From contig JBFXJJ010000003.1 in assembly GCA_050175015.1 (NCBI GenBank), positions 145,998 through 209,997 of the forward strand: a stretch of 64,000 bases of DNA, read 5' to 3'. A program made the translations under genes and the position numbers. The DNA is from Alphaproteobacteria bacterium. Lineage in GTDB: Bacteria; Pseudomonadota; Alphaproteobacteria; JBFXJJ01. Within the stretch, counting starts at the first letter, position 1, and each line of letters begins with the position of its first letter. The notes below the pieces were generated by a model. It was not told where the DNA came from. It saw nothing but the letters and a program-made list of their open reading frames with translations, and made no database searches. This document shows, piece after piece, positions 10,319 through 20,542 of this stretch.

Positions 10319-11728
10319 ATGTTTAGTAATCTGGCAAATAAATTAGGAGACATTTTTTCTCGTCTTGGTGGACGTGCCGTAATATCTGAGAAAGATTTTG
10401 ACGAGGTGATGCGTGAAATCAGAGTCGCTCTGATTGAAGCTGATGTTGCCCTTCCTGTTTTGCGTGATTTTATCGAAAAAATTAAAGCTAAAGCTATTGG
10501 CTCTAATGTTATTCGTTCGGTTTCTCCTGCTCAGCAAATTATCAAAATTGTAAATGATGGTTTAGTTGAGATGCTGGGAGATGAAGATGCCAGCCTTAAA
10601 TATAAGGGTATTCCATCAATCATTTTGATGGTTGGTCTTCAAGGTTCTGGTAAAACTACGACTTCAGGCAAAATAGCTTTAAGACTTACAAGCAAAGAAA
10701 AGAAAAAAGTTTTATTGGCATCTCTTGACGTTTATCGTCCAGCTGCGCAGGAACAATTGTTACAGGTTGGCAAGAGTGCAGGTTTAGATGTTCTGCCGAT
10801 TGTCAAAGGTGAACAACCTCTTGATATTACCAAGAGAGCCTTAAAAGAAGCCAAGCTTGGCGGTTATGATGTTTTGATTCTTGATACCGCTGGTCGTACT
10901 CATATTGATGAAGATATGATGAGCGAAGCTTTGGCGGTTAAAAAACTTGCTGATCCTGCGGAAACTTTGCTGGTTGCTGATGCTATGACTGGTCAGGACG
11001 CAGTTAATCTTGCTCGTGAGTTTAACGAAAAAGTCGGGGTAACAGGTATTGTTCTGACAAGAATTGATGGTGATGCAAGAGGCGGCGCTGCTTTGTCTAT
11101 GAAAGCTGTTGCGGGCTGTCCGATTAAGTTCCTTGGTGTGTCAGAGAAAATTGATGGCTTGGAACTTTTTGATGCCAAGAGAATAGCTGGTCGTATTTTA
11201 GGTATGGGCGATGTTGTTTCTTTGGTGGAAACTGCGATTGAGAAAGTTGATCAAGAAGAAGCTGAAAAACTTGCTAAAAGAATGCTTGAGGGTCGATTTA
11301 ATCTTCAAGATATGTTGTCTCAAATGCAGCAAATGAAAAAAATGGGCAGCGTTAAAGATTTGGTTGGAATGCTTCCTGGAATGGGTAAGTTTTCAGACAA
11401 GTTAGAAAATGCAGGTCTCAATGATAAAGCGATAAGACGCCAAGAGGCGATTATATTATCTATGACATTTAAGGAAAGACGTAATCCGGATTTAATAAAA
11501 GCGTCACGTAAAAAAAGAATTGCTGACGGAGCCGGGGTTTCCGTCAATGATGTTAACCGCTTGCTTAAACAATATTTGCAGATGGCAAATATGATGAAAA
11601 AGATGAAACAAGGCAAAGGCCTGTTTGGAAGTTTAGGCAACGCTTTAAAGTTTCCCCAAGGACTGCCTGATATGAGCAGTTTATCTGATGGAAAGTTCCC
11701 AGTAGATTTGCTTGGGAAAAAATTTTGA
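10319..11728 (+). CDS. ffh: Signal recognition particle protein Ffh
   Basis: MFSNLANKLG start typical of Ffh (the ORF-track start at 10295 is probably too early). Motifs GLQGSGKTTT, DTAGR and TRIDGDARGG. Met-rich M domain at the C-terminus. Confidence 0.9.
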   Translation: MFSNLANKLGDIFSRLGGRAVISEKDFDEVMREIRVALIEADVALPVLRDFIEKIKAKAIGSNVIRSVSPAQQIIKIVNDGLVEMLGDEDASLKYKGIPSIILMVGLQGSGKTTTSGKIALRLTSKEKKKVLLASLDVYRPAAQEQLLQVGKSAGLDVLPIVKGEQPLDITKRALKEAKLGGYDVLILDTAGRTHIDEDMMSEALAVKKLADPAETLLVADAMTGQDAVNLAREFNEKVGVTGIVLTRIDGDARGGAALSMKAVAGCPIKFLGVSEKIDGLELFDAKRIAGRILGMGDVVSLVETAIEKVDQEEAEKLAKRMLEGRFNLQDMLSQMQQMKKMGSVKDLVGMLPGMGKFSDKLENAGLNDKAIRRQEAIILSMTFKERRNPDLIKASRKKRIADGAGVSVNDVNRLLKQYLQMANMMKKMKQGKGLFGSLGNALKFPQGLPDMSSLSDGKFPVDLLGKKF

Positions 11729-11759
11729 TTTAATTGTTTTTTAAGGAGATTAAAAAAAT

Positions 11760-12149
11760 ATGGCTGTAAGAATTAGATTATCAAGAGGCGGTTCTAAGAA
11801 ACGTCCTTTTTATAAAATTGTAGTTGCTGATCAAAGAGCTCCAAGAGACGGACGTTTTATTGAAAGAGTTGGAAGTTATAATCCTCTTCTTCCTAGAGAA
11901 CACGCCGATCGTCTTGTTTTAGTTGAAGACCGTATTAAACATTGGCTCAGCGTTGGCAGCCTTCCTACCGATAGAGTAGCAAGACTTCTTAACGAAAAAG
12001 GTTTATATGGAAAACCTGCTGTTAATGAACAAACTAAAAAAAGTCAGCCAAGACCTAAGACTGTTGAAAAAATGAAGCAGAAAGAAGAAGCTTTAAAAGC
12101 AAAAGCTGAAGCCGAAGCTGCTGCAAAAGCTGAAGAAGCTACAGCTTAA
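11760..12149 (+). CDS. rpsP: 30S ribosomal protein S16 with Ala/Lys/Glu-rich C-terminal extension
   Basis: Begins [35 protein letters not shown]. Lies in the ffh-rpsP-rimM-trmD-rplS synteny. Confidence 0.9.
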   Translation: MAVRIRLSRGGSKKRPFYKIVVADQRAPRDGRFIERVGSYNPLLPREHADRLVLVEDRIKHWLSVGSLPTDRVARLLNEKGLYGKPAVNEQTKKSQPRPKTVEKMKQKEEALKAKAEAEAAAKAEEATA

Positions 12150-12158
12150 GGTAATTGT

Positions 12159-12689
12159 TTGAAAAGGTTTGCGTTGTTGATGGATAAAGAAAAAAGAGTG
12201 TGTGTGGGAGTTATTACAGGCGCTCACGGCGTTAAAGGGCAAGTTAAAATTAAAAGCTTTACCGCTAATCCTGAAGATATTGCAGCCTATGGTGTTTTAG
12301 AAGATGATTCTGGAATAAAAAAGTTTAATGTTCGAATTTTAGGCGAGGGCAAAGATTTTTTAAGAGCGGAAATAAAAGGGGTTTCAGACCGTAATGAAGC
12401 AGAGCTTTTAAGGGGCGTAAATCTTTTTGTTAGCCGTGAAAAACTTCCCGAAACCGTAGAAGAAGAATATTATCACACAGATCTAATTGGTTTAGATGTC
12501 TTTAATAATGAGGGTGTTTTGATTGGCAGTGTTGCCGCAATTTATGACTTTGGAGCAGGAGATGTTCTGGAAATAAAATCGTTGGACAACAAGTTAAATA
12601 TGCTTCCTTTTACTAAAGAGATTGTTCCAATAGTTGATATTAAAAACCATAAAGTGGTTGTTAATGAAATTATTGAGAGCCAAGAATAA
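12159..12689 (+). CDS. rimM: 16S rRNA processing protein RimM
   Basis: GxHGVKGQVKIKSFT motif, PRC barrel C-terminus, and conserved position between rpsP and trmD. Confidence 0.85.
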   Translation: MKRFALLMDKEKRVCVGVITGAHGVKGQVKIKSFTANPEDIAAYGVLEDDSGIKKFNVRILGEGKDFLRAEIKGVSDRNEAELLRGVNLFVSREKLPETVEEEYYHTDLIGLDVFNNEGVLIGSVAAIYDFGAGDVLEIKSLDNKLNMLPFTKEIVPIVDIKNHKVVVNEIIESQE

Positions 12690-12716
12690 CAGATTGTATG
12701 GAAACAAAGAATTAAT

Positions 12717-13454
12717 ATGGAGGATTTTGAAAGCAGCAATAGTCTTGAAGAAGAAACTCTCTGGAAAGCAAAAATACTTACAATTTTTCCAGAAATGTTT
12801 CCAGGTTTTTTAGGGCAGTCTCTCGCAGGTAAAGCCCTTGATAAAAAAATTTGGGAATTAGAGGTTTTTAACATCAGAGACTATACTTTTGATAAACACC
12901 GTTCTGTTGATGATGTGCCTTTTGGCGGCGGAGCGGGAATGCTTATGAAACCAGAGGTTTTGGATAGTGCGTTATCAAAAGTCTATCATAATGACGGTCC
13001 TTTGATTTATATGTCACCTCGTGGCAAAGTTTTAAGTCAGGAAAGAGTTGTTGAGCTTTCAAAAGAAAAAAATATTACAGTCCTTTGTGGAAGATTTGAA
13101 GGTGTTGATGAACGTATTCTGGAAAAGTATGATTTTGAAGAGGTAAGCGTTGGAGATTTTGTTTTATCAGGAGGTGAACCAGCCGCTTTAGTTATGATTG
13201 ATGCTGTTGTGAGGCTGCTTCCAGGCGTTATGGGCAAGGAAGAATCTTTTTTAGAAGAAAGCTTTGCGAAAGGATTGTTAGAATATCCGCAGTATACAAG
13301 ACCTGCAAACTGGGAAGGACGAGAAGTTCCAGAGGTTTTGATTTCAGGTCATCATAAGAAAATAAGCGAATGGCAGAAACAAAAGGCTATCGAAATTACC
13401 AAAGAAAGACGTCCCGATTTATGGGAAAAATATTTAACTAAAACACAGGAATAA
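12717..13454 (+). CDS. trmD: tRNA (guanine37-N1)-methyltransferase
   Basis: [13 protein letters not shown] and [19 protein letters not shown] (SPOUT knot) motifs. Confidence 0.9.
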   Translation: MEDFESSNSLEEETLWKAKILTIFPEMFPGFLGQSLAGKALDKKIWELEVFNIRDYTFDKHRSVDDVPFGGGAGMLMKPEVLDSALSKVYHNDGPLIYMSPRGKVLSQERVVELSKEKNITVLCGRFEGVDERILEKYDFEEVSVGDFVLSGGEPAALVMIDAVVRLLPGVMGKEESFLEESFAKGLLEYPQYTRPANWEGREVPEVLISGHHKKISEWQKQKAIEITKERRPDLWEKYLTKTQE

Positions 13455-13500
13455 GATTTAATTGTGAAAGCTTGTTTAAATTAAGAAAGGGTTTTAAAAA

Positions 13501-13902
13501 ATGAGCAATTTAATAAATGAAATTGAAAAAGAGCAAATGTCAAACTTGCTTAAAGAAAAAGAACTTCCAGAATTCAAAGCTGGCGATTCTCTTAAAGTTC
13601 ACACCAAAGTTGTTGAAGGTGACAGAACCAGAATTCAGATTTACGAAGGTGTTTGCATTGCTCGCAGAAATGACGGCTTAAATTCTTCTTTTACCGTTCG
13701 TAAAATTTCTTTTGGTGAAGGCGTAGAAAGAGTATTTCCTCTCTATTCTCCAAATGTTGCTAAAATTGAAGTTGCTAAAATTGGTAAAGTTCGTCGTTCA
13801 AAACTTTACTATTTGCGCAATTTAAGAGGTAAAGCTGCACGTATTGCAGAAGATGTTATAGCTGTTCAAAAAGCTAAAGATGCAGCATCTGCTGAAAAAT
13901 AG
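13501..13902 (+). CDS. rplS: 50S ribosomal protein L19
   Basis: [35 protein letters not shown] motif. 133 aa. Confidence 0.9.
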   Translation: MSNLINEIEKEQMSNLLKEKELPEFKAGDSLKVHTKVVEGDRTRIQIYEGVCIARRNDGLNSSFTVRKISFGEGVERVFPLYSPNVAKIEVAKIGKVRRSKLYYLRNLRGKAARIAEDVIAVQKAKDAASAEK

Positions 13903-14004
13903 TCTTTAAAAAGCTTAACATTCGAATACAGAGTTATAGCACTTCAAGGTATCTAAGCTTTGCGGTGCTATAATGTTTTCTCTTTTATAAAAATAGGTTT
14001 TATA

Positions 14005-15030
14005 ATGAAATATAATGTCGCAGTAGTTGGCGCTACAGGTAATGTTGGTCGTGAAATGCTTTCCATTCTTGCTGAGCGTAATTTTCCAGTAGGCAAGGTT
14101 TATGCCTTAGCTTCAGATAGATCCATTGGCAAAGAGGTTTCTTTTGGCGAAGATGACACATTAAGCGTGGATAATTTAAAGGGGTTTGATTTTTCCAAAG
14201 TTGATATTGTTTTATCTTCTGCTGGGGCAAAAGTTTCAAAAGATTTTGCTCCTAAAGCGGCTGCAGCTGGTGCGGTGGTTATTGATAATACTTCTGAATT
14301 CAGAATGGATTCCGATGTTCCTTTAGTGGTGCCTGAAGTTAATCCTGAAGCAATAGCTGGCTATAAAAAGAGGAATATTATTGCTAATCCTAACTGTTCT
14401 ACAATCCAGATGGTTGTTGCTTTAAAACCATTACACAAAGCTTATGATATTAAAAGGGTTGTTGTTTCTACTTATCAATCAGTATCAGGTGCAGGCAAAG
14501 ATGCTATGGACGAGCTTTTTGAGCAAACGAGAGGCATTTATGTTAATGATCCTATAGATAACAACAAAAAAGTTTTCACTAAGCAGATAGCTTTTAACGC
14601 GATTCCTCACATTGACGTCTTTTTAGATGATGGTTCAACTAAAGAAGAATGGAAAATGGCAGTAGAAACTAAAAAAATCTTAGATTCTAAGATAGAAGTC
14701 CATGCTAACTGCGCTAGAATTCCTTGTTTTATTGGTCACGCTGAATACGTAAATATTGAAACTAAAAAGGAAATAAACATTAACGAAGCTAAGAAACTTA
14801 TGGAAAAGGCTGAAGGTGTCGTTGTTTTTGATAAGAATGTTGATGAGGGATATGTGACACCAGCTGAAGTTTCTGGTGAAGATGCCGTTTATGTTTCTCG
14901 TATCAGAAAAGATAATACTGTAAAGAACGGTTTGAGTTTCTGGTGTGTTGCTGATAATCTACGTAAAGGCGCAGCTCTCAACGCTGTTCAGATTGCAGAA
15001 GTCTTGATTAGAGATTACCTTAAAAAATAA
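14005..15030 (+). CDS. asd: Aspartate-semialdehyde dehydrogenase
   Basis: MKYNVAVVGATGNVGRE Rossmann start (the ORF-track start at 13960 is probably too early). Active-site Cys context IANPNCSTI. 341 aa. Confidence 0.9.
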   Translation: MKYNVAVVGATGNVGREMLSILAERNFPVGKVYALASDRSIGKEVSFGEDDTLSVDNLKGFDFSKVDIVLSSAGAKVSKDFAPKAAAAGAVVIDNTSEFRMDSDVPLVVPEVNPEAIAGYKKRNIIANPNCSTIQMVVALKPLHKAYDIKRVVVSTYQSVSGAGKDAMDELFEQTRGIYVNDPIDNNKKVFTKQIAFNAIPHIDVFLDDGSTKEEWKMAVETKKILDSKIEVHANCARIPCFIGHAEYVNIETKKEININEAKKLMEKAEGVVVFDKNVDEGYVTPAEVSGEDAVYVSRIRKDNTVKNGLSFWCVADNLRKGAALNAVQIAEVLIRDYLKK

Positions 15031-15044
15031 AATGGATTAACATT

Positions 15045-15093
15045 ATAAAAAAGCTCTAATTTAACATTGATTGTTTACTTAGAGCTTTTTTTA
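15045..15093. terminator. Rho-independent-type bidirectional terminator after asd
   Basis: 13-bp inverted repeat aaaaaagctctaa/ttagagctttttt with an A-run upstream and a T-run downstream. The loop is ~19 nt. Confidence 0.45.
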
Positions 15094-15292
15094 TGTGTTT
15101 TTTATAAAGATACAATATTTTGTTGTTTGTTATTATATCGTTTATTTGAAAGCTATAGCTAAAAGATATAAATTTGTCTCAATTACTAAATTTATGTTTT
15201 AAATAAACTTTTTATACTATGGTTTGTTATCTTAATAGTTGTAATTTGTAAAAAATTGTTTTATCAGTATAGAAAAGAAAGAAGCATAAAAG

Positions 15293-15838
15293 TCAAGATT
15301 TGTTTGCTTTTAGAAGTTCTGCAATCTGTTCAGGGGTCATAACGCCAGCTTTTTTGCGGCGTTCAATCCCTTTATATGAAGGGTCATCTCTTCTTCTCCG
15401 ATCTGGGCCAAAGTAGTCGGGGGTCTCAATAAAAGTTCTAGGTTTTTCCAAGACATGATGGATTTTTGTTAAAATGTTTTTGGTAGAAAAAGGTATTACA
15501 ACAAGTTCATTAATGCCCGCATCTACAGCTGTTTTAACTTGTTCTTTGCAAGAAAATTCATTTGCCATGATAATTGGCAGATACCGAGCAGGATTTTGGG
15601 GATTAGAGCGTATTGAACGGCAGAAATCAACCCCGCTTAATGGGCGGAAATTCCAAGAAATAATCATAATGTCAGGAAGATGAAGCGCAAGTTCATTTAA
15701 AGCTTTTTTGGAATCTTCAGCATCGGTAATGTTTTCAATTCCTTCTGCAGTTAGAGCCACTCTAACCATAGAAATAAAGTGCTTTGAATCACTTGCGACT
15801 AAAATTTTTAAATCTTCATTTTTATGTTTCTTATGCAT
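15293..15838 (-). CDS. Single-domain response regulator (receiver) with conserved Arg-rich C-terminal tail
   Basis: Receiver-domain layout. C-tail FGPDRRRRDDPSYKGIERRKKAGVMTPEQIAELLK, paralogous to the neighbouring gene. Confidence 0.65.
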   Translation of the reverse strand: MHKKHKNEDLKILVASDSKHFISMVRVALTAEGIENITDAEDSKKALNELALHLPDIMIISWNFRPLSGVDFCRSIRSNPQNPARYLPIIMANEFSCKEQVKTAVDAGINELVVIPFSTKNILTKIHHVLEKPRTFIETPDYFGPDRRRRDDPSYKGIERRKKAGVMTPEQIAELLKANKS

Positions 15839-15984
15839 ACCACAATTTTATAACAAAAACATTTAAAGACCAATTATTTGTTAAAGTTATTAAACGATTT
15901 TTGTAAAAAAAGTGTAATAATAAAACGGCAATTCTATCAAGAGTTGCCGTTAAAAATAAATTCTAAGAAAAATTATAAAGTTTG

Positions 15985-16518
15985 TTAGCTTTTGTTAAGA
16001 AGGCTAGCTATTTGTTCTGCTGTGATTGTTTTTTTTCCGCCCCGTCTTTCTGGACCAGGATAATCAGCAAATTGTCTCCGCCTTCTGTCTGGGCCAAAAA
16101 AGGTTTTGGTTTTTACAAAAGGTCTTGGATTTTCGATTATAGTTTGAATTCTAGAAAGAAGAGCTTTGGTAGAGAAAGGCCTAACCAAAAATTCATTAAT
16201 GCCAGCATCACGAGCTTTAAAAACTTGCTCTTTGCTGGTTGCTTCGGAAGACATAATAATCGGGAGGTATGGACTTGGACTTTTCTGACTTTTTCTAATA
16301 TAGTTTACGAGTTCGATTCCGCCTTTTGGGGCTAAATCCCAAGACAAAATGAGAATATCAGGCAATTTTAGCTGCATAGCTTGAATAACATCTTCGCAGG
16401 TTTTGCATTCATAAACATCAGAAACACTAATATCAGAAAGTGCTTGGCGTGTAATCCGCCTCATGTTGTAGTTATTGTCAGCGACAATAACATGTAAATT
16501 ATCAATATTTGCGCTCAT
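15985..16518 (-). CDS. Single-domain response regulator (receiver) paralog with the same Arg-rich C-tail
   Basis: IVADNNYNMRRITRQAL...SWDLAPKGG...FGPDRRRRQFADYPGPERRGGKKTITAEQIASLLNKS. Tandem paralog of 15293..15838. Confidence 0.65.
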   Translation of the reverse strand: MSANIDNLHVIVADNNYNMRRITRQALSDISVSDVYECKTCEDVIQAMQLKLPDILILSWDLAPKGGIELVNYIRKSQKSPSPYLPIIMSSEATSKEQVFKARDAGINEFLVRPFSTKALLSRIQTIIENPRPFVKTKTFFGPDRRRRQFADYPGPERRGGKKTITAEQIASLLNKS

Positions 16519-16665
16519 TATTAAACCTAAAAAAATAAAAACACTAAATTATGTATAAAGTTTTAAATTAAGAATATTTGTTTATTATTTTTTATTATTT
16601 GGCTATTTTAATAATATAAAAATCAATTTTCAAGATATTTTATCACAACTACTAGCGAAATATTG

Positions 16666-16697
16666 TGCAAGAAGCACTAAATATACGCTTCTTGCAA
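16666..16697 (-). terminator. Hairpin downstream of xdhB (possible operon terminator, no clean U-run)
   Basis: 10-bp perfect stem tgcaagaagc/gcttcttgca with a 12-nt loop, ~50 nt beyond the xdhB stop. Confidence 0.3.
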
Positions 16698-16744
16698 CTA
16701 AAGACAACTTAAGGTAGATTGGTATTAATGTTATATAAAAATTA

Positions 16745-19093
16745 TTACTTTCTTATAACATTTTCTTTCATTCTTGTAATTGCTGCCAGAATTTTTTCTG
16801 GGGTTGCTGGCGGTTCAATCTCTGCTCTGAATTTATAATCACCAATACTGGCGATAGCGTCAGCAATTGCAAGCCAAACAGATATAGCCTGCATTATTGG
16901 TGGTTCGCCCGTTGCTTTTGAATGAAATATTGTGTCTTCTTTATTAGGTGAATTTTCTAAAAGTCTGACATTAAATTCTTTTGGAATATCACGGCTTACA
17001 GGAATTTTATAAGTTGACGGTGCGTGGGTTCTCAGGCGTCCTTCTTTGTCCCACCACAGTTCTTCCATAGTCATCCAGCCTAAACCTTGGACATATCCGC
17101 CTTCGACCTGCCCGAAATCAATCGCTGGGTTAAGAGAGTCGCCGCAATCGTGTAGAATATCCGCTCTTAAAACTCTGGTCTCGCCAGTCAGGGTATCTAT
17201 CGCAACTTCGGTGGCGCAGGTGCCATATGTAAAGTAATAAAAGGGGTGTCCTTGCATTTTTACGGGGTCGAAATAAATTTTAGGAGTTTTATAAAAGCCG
17301 TTTGACGACATAGAAACACGGTTCATATAACAAAGATTAGTAAATTCATTAAATGACATTACCGTATCTGCCGCTAAAACCTGATTGTTTTTGAAAACAA
17401 TCTTTTCTGTTTTGAAATGCTCTTTTGCAAAATCAATCATTTTGGTTTTTATTTTATACGCAGCATCTTTTATCGCCATACCATTCATATCGGCATCGGA
17501 AGAAGCTGCCGTTGCTGAGGTGTTAGGAACTTTATCGGTTCTGGTGGCATTTATTCTGATGTTTTCAATATCTACCTGAAAAATCTCGGCAACAACCTGC
17601 ATCATTTTCACTAAAAGACCTTGCCCCATTTCGGCGCCAGCTTGGTTAATTAGAATGCTGCCATCACGGTAAACGTGGATTAAGGCGCCAGCTTGATTCA
17701 AGAAAACCGCATTAAAAGAGATGCCGAATTTTAATGGGAATAAGGCTAAGCCTTTTTTGATAATGTCATTTTTAGCATTAAACTCTTTAATTTCCTGACG
17801 TCTTTTAACGATTTCGGCGGTTTTTTCAATATCTTCGAAAACTTCGCTGATAATATTATCGGTAATCTTTTGCCCGTAAGGAGTTACGTTGCGTTCTTCT
17901 TTGCCATAAAAGTTAGCTTTGCGGATTAAGATTGGGTCTTTTTTCAAATAAGAAGCAATGTGTTCTAAGCAGGCTTCAATTCCAATCATTCCTTGCGGGC
18001 CGCCAAAACCACGAAAAGCCGTGTTTGAAACGGTGTTGGTTTTGCATAAGAAGCCTTGCACTCTTACATCTGGCAGATAATAACAGTTATCAGAGTGGCA
18101 CAAAGCACGCTGGACAACAGGGGGAGACATATCGGCAACAATGCCCGATTTGGCAGCATAAATTAAATCAATGCCTTCAATCCGTCCATTGTCATCAAAG
18201 CCGACATCATATTTGACGAGGAAGTCGTGGCGTTTACCTGTAATAACCATATCATCATCACGGTTAAGACGCATTTTAACAGGCTTTTTGGTTTTCCAAG
18301 CAAGCAGAGCCGCAAAGGCTGCAAAAATGGTCGGCTGGCTTTCTTTGCCGCCAAAACCGCCACCCATACGGCGCATTTCAACGGTTATATGATTTTGAGG
18401 CAGACCTAAAACGTGCGAGACTCCCATCTGAGCTTCGGTTGGGTGCTGCGTTGAAATATAGATAATAAAGGTTCCATCTTCCAAAGGCGCCGCTACAGAA
18501 ATTTGGGTTTCTAGATAAAAGTGGTCTTGTCCGCCGATTTGAATTTGACCTTGGATACGGTTTTTTGCTTTTTCTAATGCCTTTTCATAATCGCCTCTAG
18601 CCATTACTTGCGGCTTGGTCAAAAAACTTTCTTTCTTTAAAGCATCTTCAATAGTTAAGATAGGTTCTAGAACTTCATAATCAACTTTAATTAGTTTGCT
18701 GGCTTCTTTTGCAGCTTTAATGGTGTTGGCAGCAATAATTGCTACGGGGTGTCCAACATATTCGGCATAATCTTCTGCTAGGGCAGGTTCATTTTTAAGA
18801 ATAGGACCAATATCGTTAACCCCAGGAATATCTTTAGCCGTCATAACAGCTTTTACGCCGTTTACTTTTAAAGCTTCCGAATAATCAATATTTTTGATTT
18901 TTGCATAAGCATAAGGACTTTGAAGAATATAACCTTGCAGGGTGTTAGGAAGCTCAGGCATATCGTCAACATAAATCGCTTCTCCCGTAACGTGAAGGTG
19001 AGCGCTTTCGTGAGCAACAGACTTATGAACGCCTCCGCTAATTTCAGATTTTAATTTATAGTCTTTATTTGCGTCTGATTTCATAATTCCCAT
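16745..19093 (-). CDS. xdhB: Xanthine dehydrogenase molybdopterin-binding subunit
   Basis: 782 aa. Aldehyde oxidase/xanthine dehydrogenase a/b hammerhead plus MoCo-binding signatures (GGGFGGKE, ...AFRGFGGPQG...). Overlaps the xdhA stop. Confidence 0.85.
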   Translation of the reverse strand: MGIMKSDANKDYKLKSEISGGVHKSVAHESAHLHVTGEAIYVDDMPELPNTLQGYILQSPYAYAKIKNIDYSEALKVNGVKAVMTAKDIPGVNDIGPILKNEPALAEDYAEYVGHPVAIIAANTIKAAKEASKLIKVDYEVLEPILTIEDALKKESFLTKPQVMARGDYEKALEKAKNRIQGQIQIGGQDHFYLETQISVAAPLEDGTFIIYISTQHPTEAQMGVSHVLGLPQNHITVEMRRMGGGFGGKESQPTIFAAFAALLAWKTKKPVKMRLNRDDDMVITGKRHDFLVKYDVGFDDNGRIEGIDLIYAAKSGIVADMSPPVVQRALCHSDNCYYLPDVRVQGFLCKTNTVSNTAFRGFGGPQGMIGIEACLEHIASYLKKDPILIRKANFYGKEERNVTPYGQKITDNIISEVFEDIEKTAEIVKRRQEIKEFNAKNDIIKKGLALFPLKFGISFNAVFLNQAGALIHVYRDGSILINQAGAEMGQGLLVKMMQVVAEIFQVDIENIRINATRTDKVPNTSATAASSDADMNGMAIKDAAYKIKTKMIDFAKEHFKTEKIVFKNNQVLAADTVMSFNEFTNLCYMNRVSMSSNGFYKTPKIYFDPVKMQGHPFYYFTYGTCATEVAIDTLTGETRVLRADILHDCGDSLNPAIDFGQVEGGYVQGLGWMTMEELWWDKEGRLRTHAPSTYKIPVSRDIPKEFNVRLLENSPNKEDTIFHSKATGEPPIMQAISVWLAIADAIASIGDYKFRAEIEPPATPEKILAAITRMKENVIRK

Positions 19094-20532
19094 ACCTCCG
19101 TAACTAATTCGGGTTTTGTAATTTGGGTATAAAGCCTTTCCAGCATATTCGCTGCAACGGTTGCTCGGTAATCGCCTGATGCTCTAAAGTCGCTTATGGG
19201 TTTAAAATCATCAGCAACGGCTTTTTTGGCATCTAAGAAAATGTCTTGGGTTACGTCTTTGCCATTAAGTGTTTTTTCAAGATTATAAGCAGGTTTGGGA
19301 ATTTCAGCCATACCGCCAAAGCCCGTTGTAAAATAAACTATTTTATTATTTTCAATTTTAAAGAAGAAAGCTCCGCAAACAGAAGAAATGTCTTGGTCGT
19401 GGCGTTTGGTAACTTTATAAACTTTGAATTGGAAACCTTTTTTTGGAATGGGAATCTTTATACTTCTGATAAATTCGCCTTCTTGTAAGGCAGTTTTACG
19501 ATAGCCTAAGAAAAATTCTTTAAGGGGAAGTTCTCTTGTTGCATCTTGCTTTTGTAAGTTTACGCTGGCTCCAAGAGCAATTAAAGATGGGGCAGAATCA
19601 CCAATAGGCGAAGCATTGCCGATGTTGCCGCCGATTGTTCCCAAATTGCGGATTTGGGTTGAACCTATTTTCCGTATTAATTTGCCATATTCGGGAATAT
19701 ATTTTTCAATTAAAGGCAGAGCCTTGACATAAGGAACGCTCGCACCAATTTCAATAAAATCAGAATTTTCGGTTAAAATATTGAGTTCGGGAATATCACA
19801 GGTGTGAATTACAACATCAAGTTTTCTATCTGCCTTAGTTACTAAAAGACCTAAATCAGTACCGCCTGCAAAAAGATAGGCACTGCTGTAATGATGATAA
19901 AGGGAACATAATTCTTTAAGGCTTTTAGGCGAAAAATAGGAAGTTTCATTATTGATTTCTAGGGTGTCTTGACGATTTCTAATCTGCTCAAACTTAGATA
20001 GAAGCTCGGCTTCATTACGGCTATACCAATCATCTTTTTTTCCACCAGTCCTTCTTGCAGCATCAATAATCGGGCGGTATCCAGTACAGCGGCATAAATT
20101 GCCCGCCAGCATTTCGTGGATCGTATCATCATCTTCATTACCTGTAACATCAGCGTGATACCACGCAAATAAAGACATTATGAAACCTGGGGTACAAAAA
20201 CCACATTGGCTGCCGTGTAGTTCATACATAGCTTGCTGCACAGGGTGAAGTTTGCCTTCTTTTGAAGCCAATCCCTCAACCGTTATCAGCATTTTGCCAT
20301 CAAGCTTAGGAACAAAAATTATGCAGCTATTGACCGCCTTATATTCAATTTTTCCATTAACAGGTTCTGCTAGAACAACAGTGCAGGCACCGCAATCCCC
20401 TTCAGCACAACCTTCCTTGGTACCATTTAGATTTTGATTTTTGCGCAAATATTCTAAAACCGTCGTCGTTGGCGGAAGATTAGAAATTTCGGTAAGCTCA
20501 CCATTTAATAAAAATCTTATTTTATTTGTCAT
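19081..20532 (-). CDS. xdhA: Xanthine dehydrogenase small subunit (2Fe-2S + FAD-binding)
   Basis: FLLNGE...CAEGDCGACTV and CGFCTPG/CRCTGY 2Fe-2S motifs, then a FAD-binding CO-dehydrogenase-type domain. Likely start MTNKIRF at 20532 with AAGGAG 7 nt upstream. Confidence 0.85.
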   Translation of the reverse strand: MTNKIRFLLNGELTEISNLPPTTTVLEYLRKNQNLNGTKEGCAEGDCGACTVVLAEPVNGKIEYKAVNSCIIFVPKLDGKMLITVEGLASKEGKLHPVQQAMYELHGSQCGFCTPGFIMSLFAWYHADVTGNEDDDTIHEMLAGNLCRCTGYRPIIDAARRTGGKKDDWYSRNEAELLSKFEQIRNRQDTLEINNETSYFSPKSLKELCSLYHHYSSAYLFAGGTDLGLLVTKADRKLDVVIHTCDIPELNILTENSDFIEIGASVPYVKALPLIEKYIPEYGKLIRKIGSTQIRNLGTIGGNIGNASPIGDSAPSLIALGASVNLQKQDATRELPLKEFFLGYRKTALQEGEFIRSIKIPIPKKGFQFKVYKVTKRHDQDISSVCGAFFFKIENNKIVYFTTGFGGMAEIPKPAYNLEKTLNGKDVTQDIFLDAKKAVADDFKPISDFRASGDYRATVAANMLERLYTQITKPELVTEVWEL

Positions 20533-20542
20533 TTTTACTCCT

